Positions 8,486 through 18,328 of a stretch of 64,000 bases of DNA are shown here, piece by piece. This DNA comes from a virus: the IMG/VR virus record IMGVR_UViG_3300022745_000023, positions 25,635 through 89,634 of that record. One strand, given 5' to 3'. The first letter of the stretch is position 1. Every line of letters begins with the position of its first letter. The notes below the pieces were generated by a model. It did not search any database. It was given only the letters and a program-made list of their open reading frames with translations, and was not told the origin of the DNA. The position numbers and the translations under genes were made by a program.

Positions 8486-11400
8486 CCCCAAAATCCGCAT
8501 TTCCGCTGATGTATCGGCAGTCGAGGCCGCGCTTAAGAAGGTGAATGATGCTGCGCGGCAGGTAAACCAAACGCTCCTTGATGCTGGCCCCGGCGCAGCA
8601 CAGGCGGGCATGGAAGAACTTGGCAGCTCGGCATCCGAACTGGTCGATTCGCTCGATGATGTGAAGGAATCCGGGGAAGCGGTCAGCAAGATCGACTTCG
8701 GTGCGGTGGCGAAGGCTTTGGCTAACGCTGAAAAGGTCGCCGCCGCGCTCGAAAAGGCGTTGAAGTCGATTGGTAAGACCACGGCGATTCCCGCTGCGGT
8801 GAAGGATGCCAAGGCCCTTTCTGACGGGCTGGAACGCGCGGCCAAAGCGCAACGTCTTTTGGCACAAGATGGTGTCCATCTTTCTCGCCAGCAATCGGAA
8901 GAAGCAAAGCGCCAGTTTGACCGCTGGCGCACCTCTGGCGCGCGCGGCACTTCGCGCCTGCGCGGGCAGGAATTTGACGACTGGCTCTCCGGGGGCTGGC
9001 GCAATTATTCGATGAACGAATCCGAGGCCCGCCGCCAGCGCGCCCGCGTGCTGCAATCCATCGGCGTGAATATGCCGGGTGGGGGTGGTGGATCTGGCGG
9101 CAGTGGGGCTGGTGGTGGGATGTCTGCTGGCCGTGGCCGCTGGGGTGCGATTGCTGGGGCTGTCGGCGGCGCCATGGGGTCGATGCTCCAAGGTGGCGAT
9201 GGCGGGATGCTGTCGGCGGCGGGGGGCGGCCTTGGCTCTTTGATCGGGGCTGGCGCTGGCGCGGTGTTCGGTGGCCCTGTGGGCGCTGCTGTCGGCCTTT
9301 TTGCGGGCAAGCTGCTGGGTGGCGCAGGATCGGCACTCGATGCCGCTGTGGGCCGCGTTGTTGAGCAAAACTCCGGCCTGACTGACCTTCGTCATTCGCT
9401 CGGCGCAACTGTCACCGATTTCGACACGCTGCGCGAATCGCTGATGTATTTCACCGACAAGCTGGGCGTGACCGGGCAAGAATCAGTCCGTCTGGCGCAG
9501 GCTTTTTCGAGCGCGGCTGGCAAGACCATCGCCGCCGCCGATTTGAGCAAAAGTGTCGGTGGCAGTGTCGCATTTGCGCGTGGCTACGGCTTGGACCCGG
9601 CGCTTGCCACTCAATTTTTTGGCTCGATGCGCCATTTCGGCGTGTCGAATAATGCCGAAGGCGACAAGCGCCTTGCGCTGTTGATTGGCGAGGCTATCGG
9701 CAAAAGCGGCATGAATGCCAAGATGGGCGACTTCATGACGGCGCTGCAATCCTATGTCGAAACGCAGAGCCGGACTTCCCTGACGCAGGCCAATACCTCG
9801 GCCTATGCCTCGTTCATGTCGTCGATGACGGGCCTGAATTTGACCGGCCTCAAGGGCGATCCTCAAACGGCCATGTCGGCTATGGGGGCTGCGGACGCGG
9901 CGCTTCGGCAAGGCGGTGCATTCGGTGAAGCATCAAAGATGTTCACGCTGGGCATGTACCAGCGAATGCTCCCCGGCTTTAACGTGTTCGGCATGGGCTT
10001 CCTGAACGATCAGGGCGCGTTTGGCACGGTGGGGCGGGCTTTTGGTGATGAATCCCCGGCTATGGCTATGGCGCGCGCTATGGGGGACCGCCGCACGCAA
10101 GCGCAACTCAAGCGTTGGGCTGGGGCCGGTGGTTCTGGCCAGTCGATGCTCGCATTGCAGATGCGCTCTCTTGAAAGCCGCTATGGCTCTGGCGGCGCGT
10201 TGGTGCTGAATCAGGCGATTCAGGGCCACTTAGGGGTCAACGCCGATCAGGCGGCGGCTCTCTATACCGCATACAAGTCCGACAAGGGGCTGGGCGGGCT
10301 GTCCAAGACGCTTGGCGCTGCGGGCATCGACATTGGCAAGGTCGATGCGGGCCGGGTGGCCGCGCTGGCGCAAGTGGCTGGGATGGATCGTGCCGGCATT
10401 CGCGGTGAAGCATCCCGCCTGCTCAACTCTGGCCAACTCAACGAGGGTGAGCGCGGCAAGCTGAACGCGGCATTGCAGGCTGGAAAGGATGACGATCTAA
10501 AAAAGATGGTCCTCAACCTGACTGCCCTGCACGATACGACGCGCGACTCCGGGCAGGCCATGCGTGAACAGCAAGCGAATATGGCCCGCTATCTTGAACA
10601 GATTGTGACCGTTGGCATTCCCTATATTCAAATGATTAAGGAAGGCATCACGGCGCTTGCACAGAAAATAGCGCCAGATTCAAATTTTGCCAAGAATGCA
10701 GCGCGTGAAGAAAATCTTATTAAGGCAAAAATTGCTGATACTTCTTTGCAAAAAGATTTTGACAATATTCAGGCCATGCCTGATGGGGCGGCGAAGAGTG
10801 CAGAAATTAATCGATACAACTACAATCTTGGATTGCGGCAAAAAATGCCGGATGCAGCCCCATCTTCTTTGCAAATGCTTGATAAGAATGGCAACACTTT
10901 TACGATAAGGGATGGTGGATCAAGCAAGGGCGCGCTTTTTAATGACTATGAATGGTTCAAGAGTAAGGGCGTGCCTGACCACATTGCCAAGGCTGTTGCT
11001 GCGGGCATCTATGCGGAAGGCGGCGGCCTAGGCTATGCCAGAAATGGTGCATTTGGGATTGGCCAATTGCGCGGAGATCGATTGCAGCGCGCATTTGCTC
11101 GTTATGGCAAAGACCCGACGCGGGATAAGCTGACGCGCGATGAACAACGAGAATATATACTGTGGGAACTGCAAGGCGGTGATCCCGGTGGTGCCTCGGT
11201 CATGTCCTCTCGTAACGAGGAAGAGGCGGTTTCCAATTATGTCGGGCAAACCAATCCTGACGGGAAAACGGGCTGGGGGTTCATGCGCCCAGCGGCGGGG
11301 CGTGAGCGCAAAGGTGATCTGAATCGCGCAACGGAAGCTCTTATCTCTCTTAGGAAGTCGCCTAGTCAGGAAGCCTTTGAAAAGGCGCATAGCCATACGT

Positions 11401-11600
11401 CGCAAGACGGCAAGATTCCCAAAGCACACCGACCGCTCATGCTGCAACCGGGCGCAGAAGCGTATACCGGAGCGTGGCCGGCTTCGCATCAGGTGGTTGA
11501 GCATCGCGTTACCGTCCTCGACGCGAACGGCACGCCGCATTACAACTCCACGACGCAAACGCGAATCGGCCATCCGGTTCCTGCTGGGGTGTCGCACTGA
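8478..11600 (+). CDS. Tape measure protein with C-terminal phage tail lysozyme domain
   Basis: 1040 aa Ala/Gly-rich helical; GIYAE...AFGIGQLRGDR...EQREYILWEL lysozyme-like motif. Confidence 0.85.
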   Translation: MVDPKIRISADVSAVEAALKKVNDAARQVNQTLLDAGPGAAQAGMEELGSSASELVDSLDDVKESGEAVSKIDFGAVAKALANAEKVAAALEKALKSIGKTTAIPAAVKDAKALSDGLERAAKAQRLLAQDGVHLSRQQSEEAKRQFDRWRTSGARGTSRLRGQEFDDWLSGGWRNYSMNESEARRQRARVLQSIGVNMPGGGGGSGGSGAGGGMSAGRGRWGAIAGAVGGAMGSMLQGGDGGMLSAAGGGLGSLIGAGAGAVFGGPVGAAVGLFAGKLLGGAGSALDAAVGRVVEQNSGLTDLRHSLGATVTDFDTLRESLMYFTDKLGVTGQESVRLAQAFSSAAGKTIAAADLSKSVGGSVAFARGYGLDPALATQFFGSMRHFGVSNNAEGDKRLALLIGEAIGKSGMNAKMGDFMTALQSYVETQSRTSLTQANTSAYASFMSSMTGLNLTGLKGDPQTAMSAMGAADAALRQGGAFGEASKMFTLGMYQRMLPGFNVFGMGFLNDQGAFGTVGRAFGDESPAMAMARAMGDRRTQAQLKRWAGAGGSGQSMLALQMRSLESRYGSGGALVLNQAIQGHLGVNADQAAALYTAYKSDKGLGGLSKTLGAAGIDIGKVDAGRVAALAQVAGMDRAGIRGEASRLLNSGQLNEGERGKLNAALQAGKDDDLKKMVLNLTALHDTTRDSGQAMREQQANMARYLEQIVTVGIPYIQMIKEGITALAQKIAPDSNFAKNAAREENLIKAKIADTSLQKDFDNIQAMPDGAAKSAEINRYNYNLGLRQKMPDAAPSSLQMLDKNGNTFTIRDGGSSKGALFNDYEWFKSKGVPDHIAKAVAAGIYAEGGGLGYARNGAFGIGQLRGDRLQRAFARYGKDPTRDKLTRDEQREYILWELQGGDPGGASVMSSRNEEEAVSNYVGQTNPDGKTGWGFMRPAAGRERKGDLNRATEALISLRKSPSQEAFEKAHSHTSQDGKIPKAHRPLMLQPGAEAYTGAWPASHQVVEHRVTVLDANGTPHYNSTTQTRIGHPVPAGVSH

Positions 11601-13072
11601 TGAAGGTCTTTCAGCCGCAAGTTTCGGTCAAGCTGGTGAAGGCTATCCGGCGCGACAAAAGTGGCGGCATTGTGCCGGGAACGGCGGTGGCCTCGCGCTA
11701 CCAAAATCTGGCATCCATCGACCTCACTAATTTCTTGGGAGACAACGGCAGCGTTCAGACTTCAAAGTCCGTGCGCGAACCGGCTGGCGGCTTCACGATC
11801 ACATTGGCCGATAAGCGGCATCCCCAAATGCTCGACACGCTGTACGCGCTGATTGAGCCTATGGATATGGTTGAAATTCGGTTTTGCCGTGACCCGTCCT
11901 CCTACAAGCAACCGGACCTTTGGCCACCGATCATCATGCGCGGGCTGGTGACAACCGTTTCGCGTTCGGAAGCAATTCCGGGTGGGCGCCCGACCCGCTC
12001 TATCACGATTGCGGGGCAGGACTTTGGCAAGATCCTGCAAACCATCCAGATTTACTATCTCTACAACTCGGTGGTTGGCGATAACGTGCTGCACGAGTTC
12101 GCCTTTTTCCAGAAATATGCCTCGGCCAGTTCGGCCAAGATCAAATCGGCCAATGAGTTTGTGACCGAAGTGGTGTCGAACGTCATCAACCCTTACCTAT
12201 CGCGCCTGACTGCGCTGGCGGATGGGAGCGCGGTATCTGCGAAGGTCATCAATGCGTGGACGCCGGTTGTCTCGATTGCCGGCGCGCTGACGCCGGATGC
12301 GGTCTGTTCGATGAACAACATCTCGCTGCACTCTTTCCTGTCCACCCTGCTTGATGTGGGGCCGTTCAACGAATTGTTTGTCGAAGATGCTACCGATGGC
12401 ATCAACTTGGTAGTGCGCCCGGCCCCGTTTATGGACGTTGCCGGGAACCTCATCCAAGGCGAAATGCCTGCGGTCAATTCGATCACGGACAAGGAAGCCC
12501 TGTCGCTGTCGCTCTCGCGTTCTGACCAAGGCGTTGCCAACTATTTCTGGGTTTCAAACTCGCGCTTTGCCTTCATGGGCAATGAGGACCAGAAAGCGTG
12601 GGCATCGACTGGCTCCCCGGATTCGTATCTCAAGTTCGACTATCTCAATTCGCAAAGCGCCTATTACGGGTTCCGCAAAATGGAGGTCGAATCGGTTTTG
12701 GTTGATCCGGGCTATGGGAGCATAGACGCCCAAACCAAGGATCAACTTCCTGCCCAGAACAGTAAAATGACCGATTGGTTGTCGGAGCGGCGGCGCATTT
12801 TGGCCGAATCCAACAAGGACAACGTGATCTTCGAGTTTGGGCAAATGCAGGTGCGCGGCGATGAGCGCATCAAGGCCGGAACCTACCTGCGCTTGAACCG
12901 TGCAAACGGGGTCACTTCGCAGTTCTATGTGCCGCAAGTGAATCATAGCTACACGCCGTTCCAAGGCTTCTTGACCAACCTGACGCTGGAACGCGGAACT
13001 TCCTTCATTGAGCGCGCGAAAGCTGGTAATCCGCAATACCTGCTTGAGGTAAATGCGAAGGGGATTTCTTGA
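11600..13072 (+). CDS. Baseplate hub (gp27/VgrG-like)
   Basis: GQDFGKIL, VRPAPF, FYVPQVNHSY..LTLERG; follows tape measure. Confidence 0.75.
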   Translation: MKVFQPQVSVKLVKAIRRDKSGGIVPGTAVASRYQNLASIDLTNFLGDNGSVQTSKSVREPAGGFTITLADKRHPQMLDTLYALIEPMDMVEIRFCRDPSSYKQPDLWPPIIMRGLVTTVSRSEAIPGGRPTRSITIAGQDFGKILQTIQIYYLYNSVVGDNVLHEFAFFQKYASASSAKIKSANEFVTEVVSNVINPYLSRLTALADGSAVSAKVINAWTPVVSIAGALTPDAVCSMNNISLHSFLSTLLDVGPFNELFVEDATDGINLVVRPAPFMDVAGNLIQGEMPAVNSITDKEALSLSLSRSDQGVANYFWVSNSRFAFMGNEDQKAWASTGSPDSYLKFDYLNSQSAYYGFRKMEVESVLVDPGYGSIDAQTKDQLPAQNSKMTDWLSERRRILAESNKDNVIFEFGQMQVRGDERIKAGTYLRLNRANGVTSQFYVPQVNHSYTPFQGFLTNLTLERGTSFIERAKAGNPQYLLEVNAKGIS

Positions 13073-13797
13073 TGCTGAAAATGGCGCGCGTCGTCGGCGT
13101 CCATCCTGAATCGCATTCGGTCGATGTGGTCATCATGGATGACGGTCGCCGGCATTCTGGCGTCAAGGTGCTTTGTGAGATGGCGGCTGGCGATTTCGGT
13201 TCATCTGGCCTTGCTGATCCGACCAATACCGGGTTCGACGCGCAAAATTCCGGCGAGCGCGATATTTACGCGGCGGTGGCGTGGATGGGGTATACGCCGG
13301 TTGTGCTTGGGTTCGTTCCCCCTAGCGTCTCGCAAATGATGTTCCCTGAAAAGAGCCGGCGCATCCATCGGTTCCCGTCTGATGTTTACCTTTCGGTCGA
13401 TCCCGATGGCAATGCCGAACTGTTCCACCCATCGGGGGCCTATGTTCGCATCGGGACCGATTCCGCGCATGAGGATCTGTCTGGGAAGGATTACAACAAG
13501 ATTTGGGCCATCAAGCGCAACACGGACAAGGCGGTCCATATCCATATCGCGCAGGCGGGCGGGGCGGCCACGCTCAACATCGCGCCTGACGGCTCGATTG
13601 CGATTCACTCGGCGGCAACGCTGGCCATTGATGCGGCGAATGGGACTTCGATCACAACGCCGACCTTGACGCTCAATGGGAACCTGCAACTTAACGGCGG
13701 GGCCACGGTGACCGATGATGTGGTGGCCAATGGCATTAGCTTGGTCAATCATGACCATACCGACCCGCAAGGCGGAAAGACCGGCAAGCCGAGTTGA
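13069..13797 (+). CDS. Baseplate central spike (gpV-like)
   Basis: N-terminal OB-fold-like region, beta-helix repeats, terminal HDH metal motif. Confidence 0.85.
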   Translation: MMLKMARVVGVHPESHSVDVVIMDDGRRHSGVKVLCEMAAGDFGSSGLADPTNTGFDAQNSGERDIYAAVAWMGYTPVVLGFVPPSVSQMMFPEKSRRIHRFPSDVYLSVDPDGNAELFHPSGAYVRIGTDSAHEDLSGKDYNKIWAIKRNTDKAVHIHIAQAGGAATLNIAPDGSIAIHSAATLAIDAANGTSITTPTLTLNGNLQLNGGATVTDDVVANGISLVNHDHTDPQGGKTGKPS

Positions 13798-13806
13798 TTA
13801 AGGCTG

Positions 13807-13822
13807 GTCGTGACTGCAATGT
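13807..13822 (+). promoter_or_regulatory. Late promoter motif, leaderless
   Basis: GTCGTGACtgcAatgT; +1 falls exactly on ATG 13829. Confidence 0.75.
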
Positions 13823-13828
13823 GCCGTC

Positions 13829-14992
13829 ATGGCACCTCCTTCCCAAAAAGGCGACGTTCGCCCGATTAGCTTTGTCCTGCATGACATGGCGCGCGGCACC
13901 GCGCCGGTCGAGGTTCCGCTTGTCATTCGCCCGGAGGATTTGACCCGCACCGATACGTCTCGGCTTTCTGTCGTGCAAACGCTGGGTGGCGCTTGGGCTG
14001 ACAGCTTCGGCCCCGGCATCCCCATGATCCAAATTGCCGGTCATACGGGTTGGGGGGCTGGCGACCGGCCCGATGGGCTGGCCGAGTTTCAAAAGCTGTA
14101 TTCAACGGTATTCGATCAATGGCACAAGCTGCGCGCCAAGGCGGTGGAAGCCGGCCATGATCCTGACAAGGTTCGCCTGATTTTTGCGGATGCGCTGGAC
14201 GACTTCACTTGGGTTGTGGCTCCGCAAAACTTCATCCTCAAGCGCAATCGCTCGCGCCCCTTGCTGGCGCAATATCAAATCAACCTGTCGTTTATCTCGG
14301 ACGATGTGGCTGAAACGAAGCAAGCCCTTGCGGCGCTCAAGGCGGCGAAATCGAACGCGCTGTCGGTGTCCGTGAAGCAAACGGCTCTCGAATCGCTGGC
14401 TGCATCGATCAAGAAAATCACAAGCGCAATCAACGCGAAAATCTCTAACTTCCTTGGGCCGCTGAAAAATGGTGTGGCTTCCTTGATGAAGCTGACAAGC
14501 ACCGCTTTGAAGGCGGTCAACTCCATCCTGACTTCGGTGACAAGCGTTGCTCGAACTGTTGCTAATGCCGTTATTGGCATAGCGACTGGCTTGGCGCGCG
14601 TGGCGGCAAATGTCTCGCAAATGGTGCATTCGATCATCGCTCTGCCCATGGCGATCAAAGCGCAGTTCATGCGCGTTGCCTCGGCGTTCGAGAATGTGTT
14701 CTGCATCCTGTCGAACATTTTTTCGCCGCGCAAGATGCTGCCGAATTATTCGGACCTCTATGGTGCCTCGCTCTGCTCGTCCACCAGCGGGGGAAGCGCT
14801 ATTTCGCCCTACGACACGACCAATCCATTCCCTGATCTGGTGCCGTTGAGCAAGCCGCCTGTGTCGGTGTCGAGCGATGCAAGCGCTTCTCTCTCCAAGC
14901 TGGCGCAAGCCGATCCCGCGCTGGCCCCTATGTCGTCCACTGAACTTTCGGCGCACCTCGACGCGGTGAATAAGGGAGTCGTTTTGGCGTGA
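13829..14992 (+). CDS. Tail tube initiator/baseplate protein
   Basis: IRPEDL...QTLGGAWADSFG..I.IAGHTG motif; baseplate module. Confidence 0.6.
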   Translation: MAPPSQKGDVRPISFVLHDMARGTAPVEVPLVIRPEDLTRTDTSRLSVVQTLGGAWADSFGPGIPMIQIAGHTGWGAGDRPDGLAEFQKLYSTVFDQWHKLRAKAVEAGHDPDKVRLIFADALDDFTWVVAPQNFILKRNRSRPLLAQYQINLSFISDDVAETKQALAALKAAKSNALSVSVKQTALESLAASIKKITSAINAKISNFLGPLKNGVASLMKLTSTALKAVNSILTSVTSVARTVANAVIGIATGLARVAANVSQMVHSIIALPMAIKAQFMRVASAFENVFCILSNIFSPRKMLPNYSDLYGASLCSSTSGGSAISPYDTTNPFPDLVPLSKPPVSVSSDASASLSKLAQADPALAPMSSTELSAHLDAVNKGVVLA

Positions 14993-15588
14993 ACGAGGAC
15001 TATGCCCCTAACGTCCGGTATGCCGAGGTCGCCTATGGCGATGACTTGCGCGCGATTGCGCTGCGCGAGTTGGGGGATGCGTCTTACTGGCTTGACCTGA
15101 TCGTCCTCAATGGCCTGCGCCCACCGTATATTGCCGCCTCGGCATCCAGCGGCGTTCTGGCCTATGGCGACCAAATTGCCATCCCGTCGCCTTCCTCGCT
15201 CGTCTCTGCTGACACCGATCCCGCATATGTCTATGGGGCAGACCTGTTGGTTCAAAACCGCCGCCTCGTTGTTGATGGTGGCGATCTGATGCTTGTCTCC
15301 GGCGTTGCTAATCTGACGCAAGCCCTCTCGCATCACATCATCACCGAAAAGCAAGAACTGGCTTTTCATCCCGAGTTCGGCTGCTGGGTGCGGTCAATGA
15401 TTGGCAATGGAAATAGCCCTTCATCTTCTCAACTCGCAGCGTTCTATGTCAAATCGGCCCTGCTGGAAGATGAGCGTGTGGATACTGTTCCGTATTGCTC
15501 CGCTGTTGTTCTGGGCGATCAAATCAAAGTCAACGCGACCGTAGTTCCGATCACCGGAAAGCCTCTCGACCTGCAATTGGTGGTGTGA
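14989..15588 (+). CDS. LysM plus gp25-like baseplate wedge protein
   Basis: GDDLRAIALRELGD..W..L...NGL LysM; FHPEFG and EDERV gp25 motifs. Confidence 0.8.
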   Translation: MNEDYAPNVRYAEVAYGDDLRAIALRELGDASYWLDLIVLNGLRPPYIAASASSGVLAYGDQIAIPSPSSLVSADTDPAYVYGADLLVQNRRLVVDGGDLMLVSGVANLTQALSHHIITEKQELAFHPEFGCWVRSMIGNGNSPSSSQLAAFYVKSALLEDERVDTVPYCSAVVLGDQIKVNATVVPITGKPLDLQLVV

Positions 15589-15589
15589 A

Positions 15590-16693
15590 ATGTTCCAGCT
15601 TAAAGATTTCGCCTCAATCACCGCTTCGATGATTAACCGGGCGAAAGCAACCCAGAAGAAAGTGACCGATTTCAATGTCGGCTCGGTCGTTCGCACCATT
15701 CTGGAATCGTCGGCCATTGAAATTGAAGAACTGTATCAGCGCATGTTTGCCGGGATCATGGATGCGATCCCGGTGGCGATCTACCGGGGTTTCAACTTCG
15801 CCATCTTGGAACCGACGAAAGCGCGCGGCGTTGTCGTGGTCAACTTCGCTGGTCCGATTGTCGATCCGTTCACGGTCCCTGCGGGAACGATCTTTACCGC
15901 GCCGGGCACGGGCCTGCGCTATTTGTCGGAAGCCGCAACCACCGCGATTGTCGGCTCGACGTCGCTGTCCATGATCGTTGACGCAGCAGACACCGGCTCG
16001 ATCTACAACACCGATGCGAACACGATCACCACGGTGTCCGGGTTTTCGTTTCCAATCGGCGCGGTCATCGGAAATACGCCGATCACGTCGGGCTCGGACG
16101 GTGAAACCGAAGCCGAGCGCATGTCGCGCTTTGCGGCCTACATTCAGTCGATTGCGCGCGGGACGGTGCCGTCTGTGGAGTATGCCGCTTCCACCGCCGT
16201 GGTCCGCGACCCGGCGGGCAGTGTGGTCGAGTACGTATCGCGCGTGGCGTCCTCCGAAGTTCCGGGCCGCATCGACGTCTACATCTATGGCTCGGGCGGT
16301 ATCGCCAGCAGCGCCCTGATCGCGGATGCGCAAAGAATTATCGACGGCTATTTTGACTCCGTTCAGCAGGCGTTCGTGCCGGGCTATCGGCCTGCCGGGG
16401 TGGATGCGCTGGTTTCTCCAATGTTCGAAGAACCCTACAACCTGACGGTCACAGTCGCGCTGGTGACGGGCTATTCGTTTACCACCGACCTGAAAAACGC
16501 CGTCATCACGGCGGTGGATGGAGTGATCAACAGCGTGGTGGCTGGCAAAACCTTGTATGTGGAGGACTTGTCTGCGGCGGTTCTGTCTGTCCCCGGAATC
16601 CGTTCTGTCCGCCTGAGCGCGACGGAGAATCACTTGTGCCCGGCCAATGTCGTCCTTACTCCGGGGACGATCTTGGTCCAGCTTGAGGTGTGA
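15590..16693 (+). CDS. Baseplate J-like wedge protein
   Basis: TDFNVGSVVRTILE, GSDGETEAE..RF, YRPAG motifs. Confidence 0.88.
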   Translation: MFQLKDFASITASMINRAKATQKKVTDFNVGSVVRTILESSAIEIEELYQRMFAGIMDAIPVAIYRGFNFAILEPTKARGVVVVNFAGPIVDPFTVPAGTIFTAPGTGLRYLSEAATTAIVGSTSLSMIVDAADTGSIYNTDANTITTVSGFSFPIGAVIGNTPITSGSDGETEAERMSRFAAYIQSIARGTVPSVEYAASTAVVRDPAGSVVEYVSRVASSEVPGRIDVYIYGSGGIASSALIADAQRIIDGYFDSVQQAFVPGYRPAGVDALVSPMFEEPYNLTVTVALVTGYSFTTDLKNAVITAVDGVINSVVAGKTLYVEDLSAAVLSVPGIRSVRLSATENHLCPANVVLTPGTILVQLEV

Positions 16694-16696
16694 TCG

Positions 16697-17821
16697 ATGC
16701 TCGATGTTCGGGAGCGCCTTGCGAGTCACCTCTACCGAAGCGGACTGGACACCGATTCGGATAGCGTTCCCGCGCTGGGAATCGATTTCAACAACGTTTT
16801 GTGGTGGAAAGACACCACTCTTAATTGGTCCGTCGATGGCCGCAGCCTGACGCTTTATCCGGGGGCGACGTTTGAGCGGGTCTATCCGCTCACCGGCACG
16901 CTCGGTGAACTGGCGGCGCAACTCACCGCAGACGGGTTCGATGTTTTGTCGCTGAATCCCGACCTTGTGAACTTGTCTGCGGGGATTCTGCTCAATCCTG
17001 ATCGCAACAAAAAGCAGCCCGCTGGTCGCCCGATCCACGCCTTCCAGTCGGACTTGTGGGCGCTTTTGGATGCCTATGGCGTGGAGATCACCGACGCCGA
17101 GGTAAACGTCGAGCAGGCGATCCAGCAGTTGTATCTGCAAACCGCCGAGAGCGACATTCTCGATTTCTGGGGCGAGTTCTTTGCCGTCACGCGCAAAAAC
17201 GGCGAAGTTGATGACAACTATCGCGCACGGATGATTGCCGAGGTCTTTCAGCCTCGCTCGAACGCGATTGCGATCCAGAACGCAATTAAATCGCAGACCG
17301 GGTTCGACGTGACGATCCGCGAGCCGTGGCGCGAGTTGTTCCTACTCAATCAATCGGCGCTGTCGGATCAGGACCATTTTCAGGACGGTTCGTTCTTCAC
17401 GTGGAACGTGCTGCAGCCCATTTACCATTCAAGCCTTTCGGTTGCTGAGCGCGCAGCGGTCATCGACATCATCAACCGCAATCGACCGGCTGGCTGCGTT
17501 CTGCTGGGTGAGCTTGCGCAGCCGCCTGCATCGTTTGCCTCGACTCACTTTGGGGTTGGCTTGCTGTCGAGCATCACCGCCCACTATTACATCGGCTGGC
17601 TGCATTTCGAGCCGGGCGTGGTCAGTTCGTCGCTGGCGCTTTCGGACTACTCCCCGGACGTTGCGGCTCCGTTTGTCTGGACGCAACAGGGCAACCTTGA
17701 GTTTATTTTTGGCTCTGCTCCGCTGGGCCTGTTTGTGCCATATAGCTGGTCCGGTGGTTGGGATGACAGGACTTGGAACAAGGGTTTTGTTTCGACGGTC
17801 GTGACACAACAATCGGTCTAG
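16697..17821 (+). CDS. Baseplate wedge protein (gpI-like)
   Basis: TAESDILDFWGEFF..R..GE.DD.YRARM, RPAG motifs. Confidence 0.75.
   Translation: MLDVRERLASHLYRSGLDTDSDSVPALGIDFNNVLWWKDTTLNWSVDGRSLTLYPGATFERVYPLTGTLGELAAQLTADGFDVLSLNPDLVNLSAGILLNPDRNKKQPAGRPIHAFQSDLWALLDAYGVEITDAEVNVEQAIQQLYLQTAESDILDFWGEFFAVTRKNGEVDDNYRARMIAEVFQPRSNAIAIQNAIKSQTGFDVTIREPWRELFLLNQSALSDQDHFQDGSFFTWNVLQPIYHSSLSVAERAAVIDIINRNRPAGCVLLGELAQPPASFASTHFGVGLLSSITAHYYIGWLHFEPGVVSSSLALSDYSPDVAAPFVWTQQGNLEFIFGSAPLGLFVPYSWSGGWDDRTWNKGFVSTVVTQQSV
17798..17813 (+). promoter_or_regulatory. Late promoter motif
   Basis: GTCGTGACacaAcaaT upstream of gene 17839. Confidence 0.7.
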
Positions 17822-17838
17822 TCTGAGCGAGGTTTTCT

Positions 17839-18321
17839 ATGTCGATCTTTGTGCAATCTGCTTCGGCTGCTGTCGCTCAGGCGATCAAGACCGCTGGCGT
17901 CTGGGTGGCTTGGGGCAATGGCTCCACCTCGTGGGATTCGGCTCCTGTGGAAGCGCCCACGACGGCCACCGCGCTGGTTGCCGAGTCGGGTCGCCGCCGG
18001 GCTTCGCTCATTCAGTTTGTGCAGTCTGATCCGGCGGGCTCAATCATCGTTCCGCAGGGCTCTTTTTCCGTTTCTTCCGTACCGACGTCGACGCTCTACG
18101 TTCGCTGCAATTTTGCGAACACCGATGCCGTTGGTCAGGCCATCCGCGAGGGGGGCGTATTCATCGGCACGACGCTCCAACCGTCTGTTCCGGTTGGTCA
18201 GGACTATTTCGCCCCCAGCGACCTGCTGGACCCCGGTGTGATGTTGTTGTTGGAGCGGTTCGCGAAGATCACGCGGACGGCTGATTTCAGCGTCTCTCTC
18301 GAATTTGTCATGACTCTGTGA
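17839..18321 (+). CDS. Baseplate/tail-collar-like protein
   Basis: VAWGNG..W, IREGGVF motifs. Confidence 0.7.
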   Translation: MSIFVQSASAAVAQAIKTAGVWVAWGNGSTSWDSAPVEAPTTATALVAESGRRRASLIQFVQSDPAGSIIVPQGSFSVSSVPTSTLYVRCNFANTDAVGQAIREGGVFIGTTLQPSVPVGQDYFAPSDLLDPGVMLLLERFAKITRTADFSVSLEFVMTL

Positions 18322-18328
18322 GGCCCTG

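Noticed and set aside
15614-17140. Long antisense ORFs (also 3374-4657, 50978-52516, 52648-54240, 56198-57589)
   Set aside because: Shadow ORFs of GC-rich sense genes, with no motifs or RBS
2855-17821. Tailocin, T6SS or eCIS rather than a phage
   Set aside because: Terminase, portal, integrase and replication genes are present in the same element
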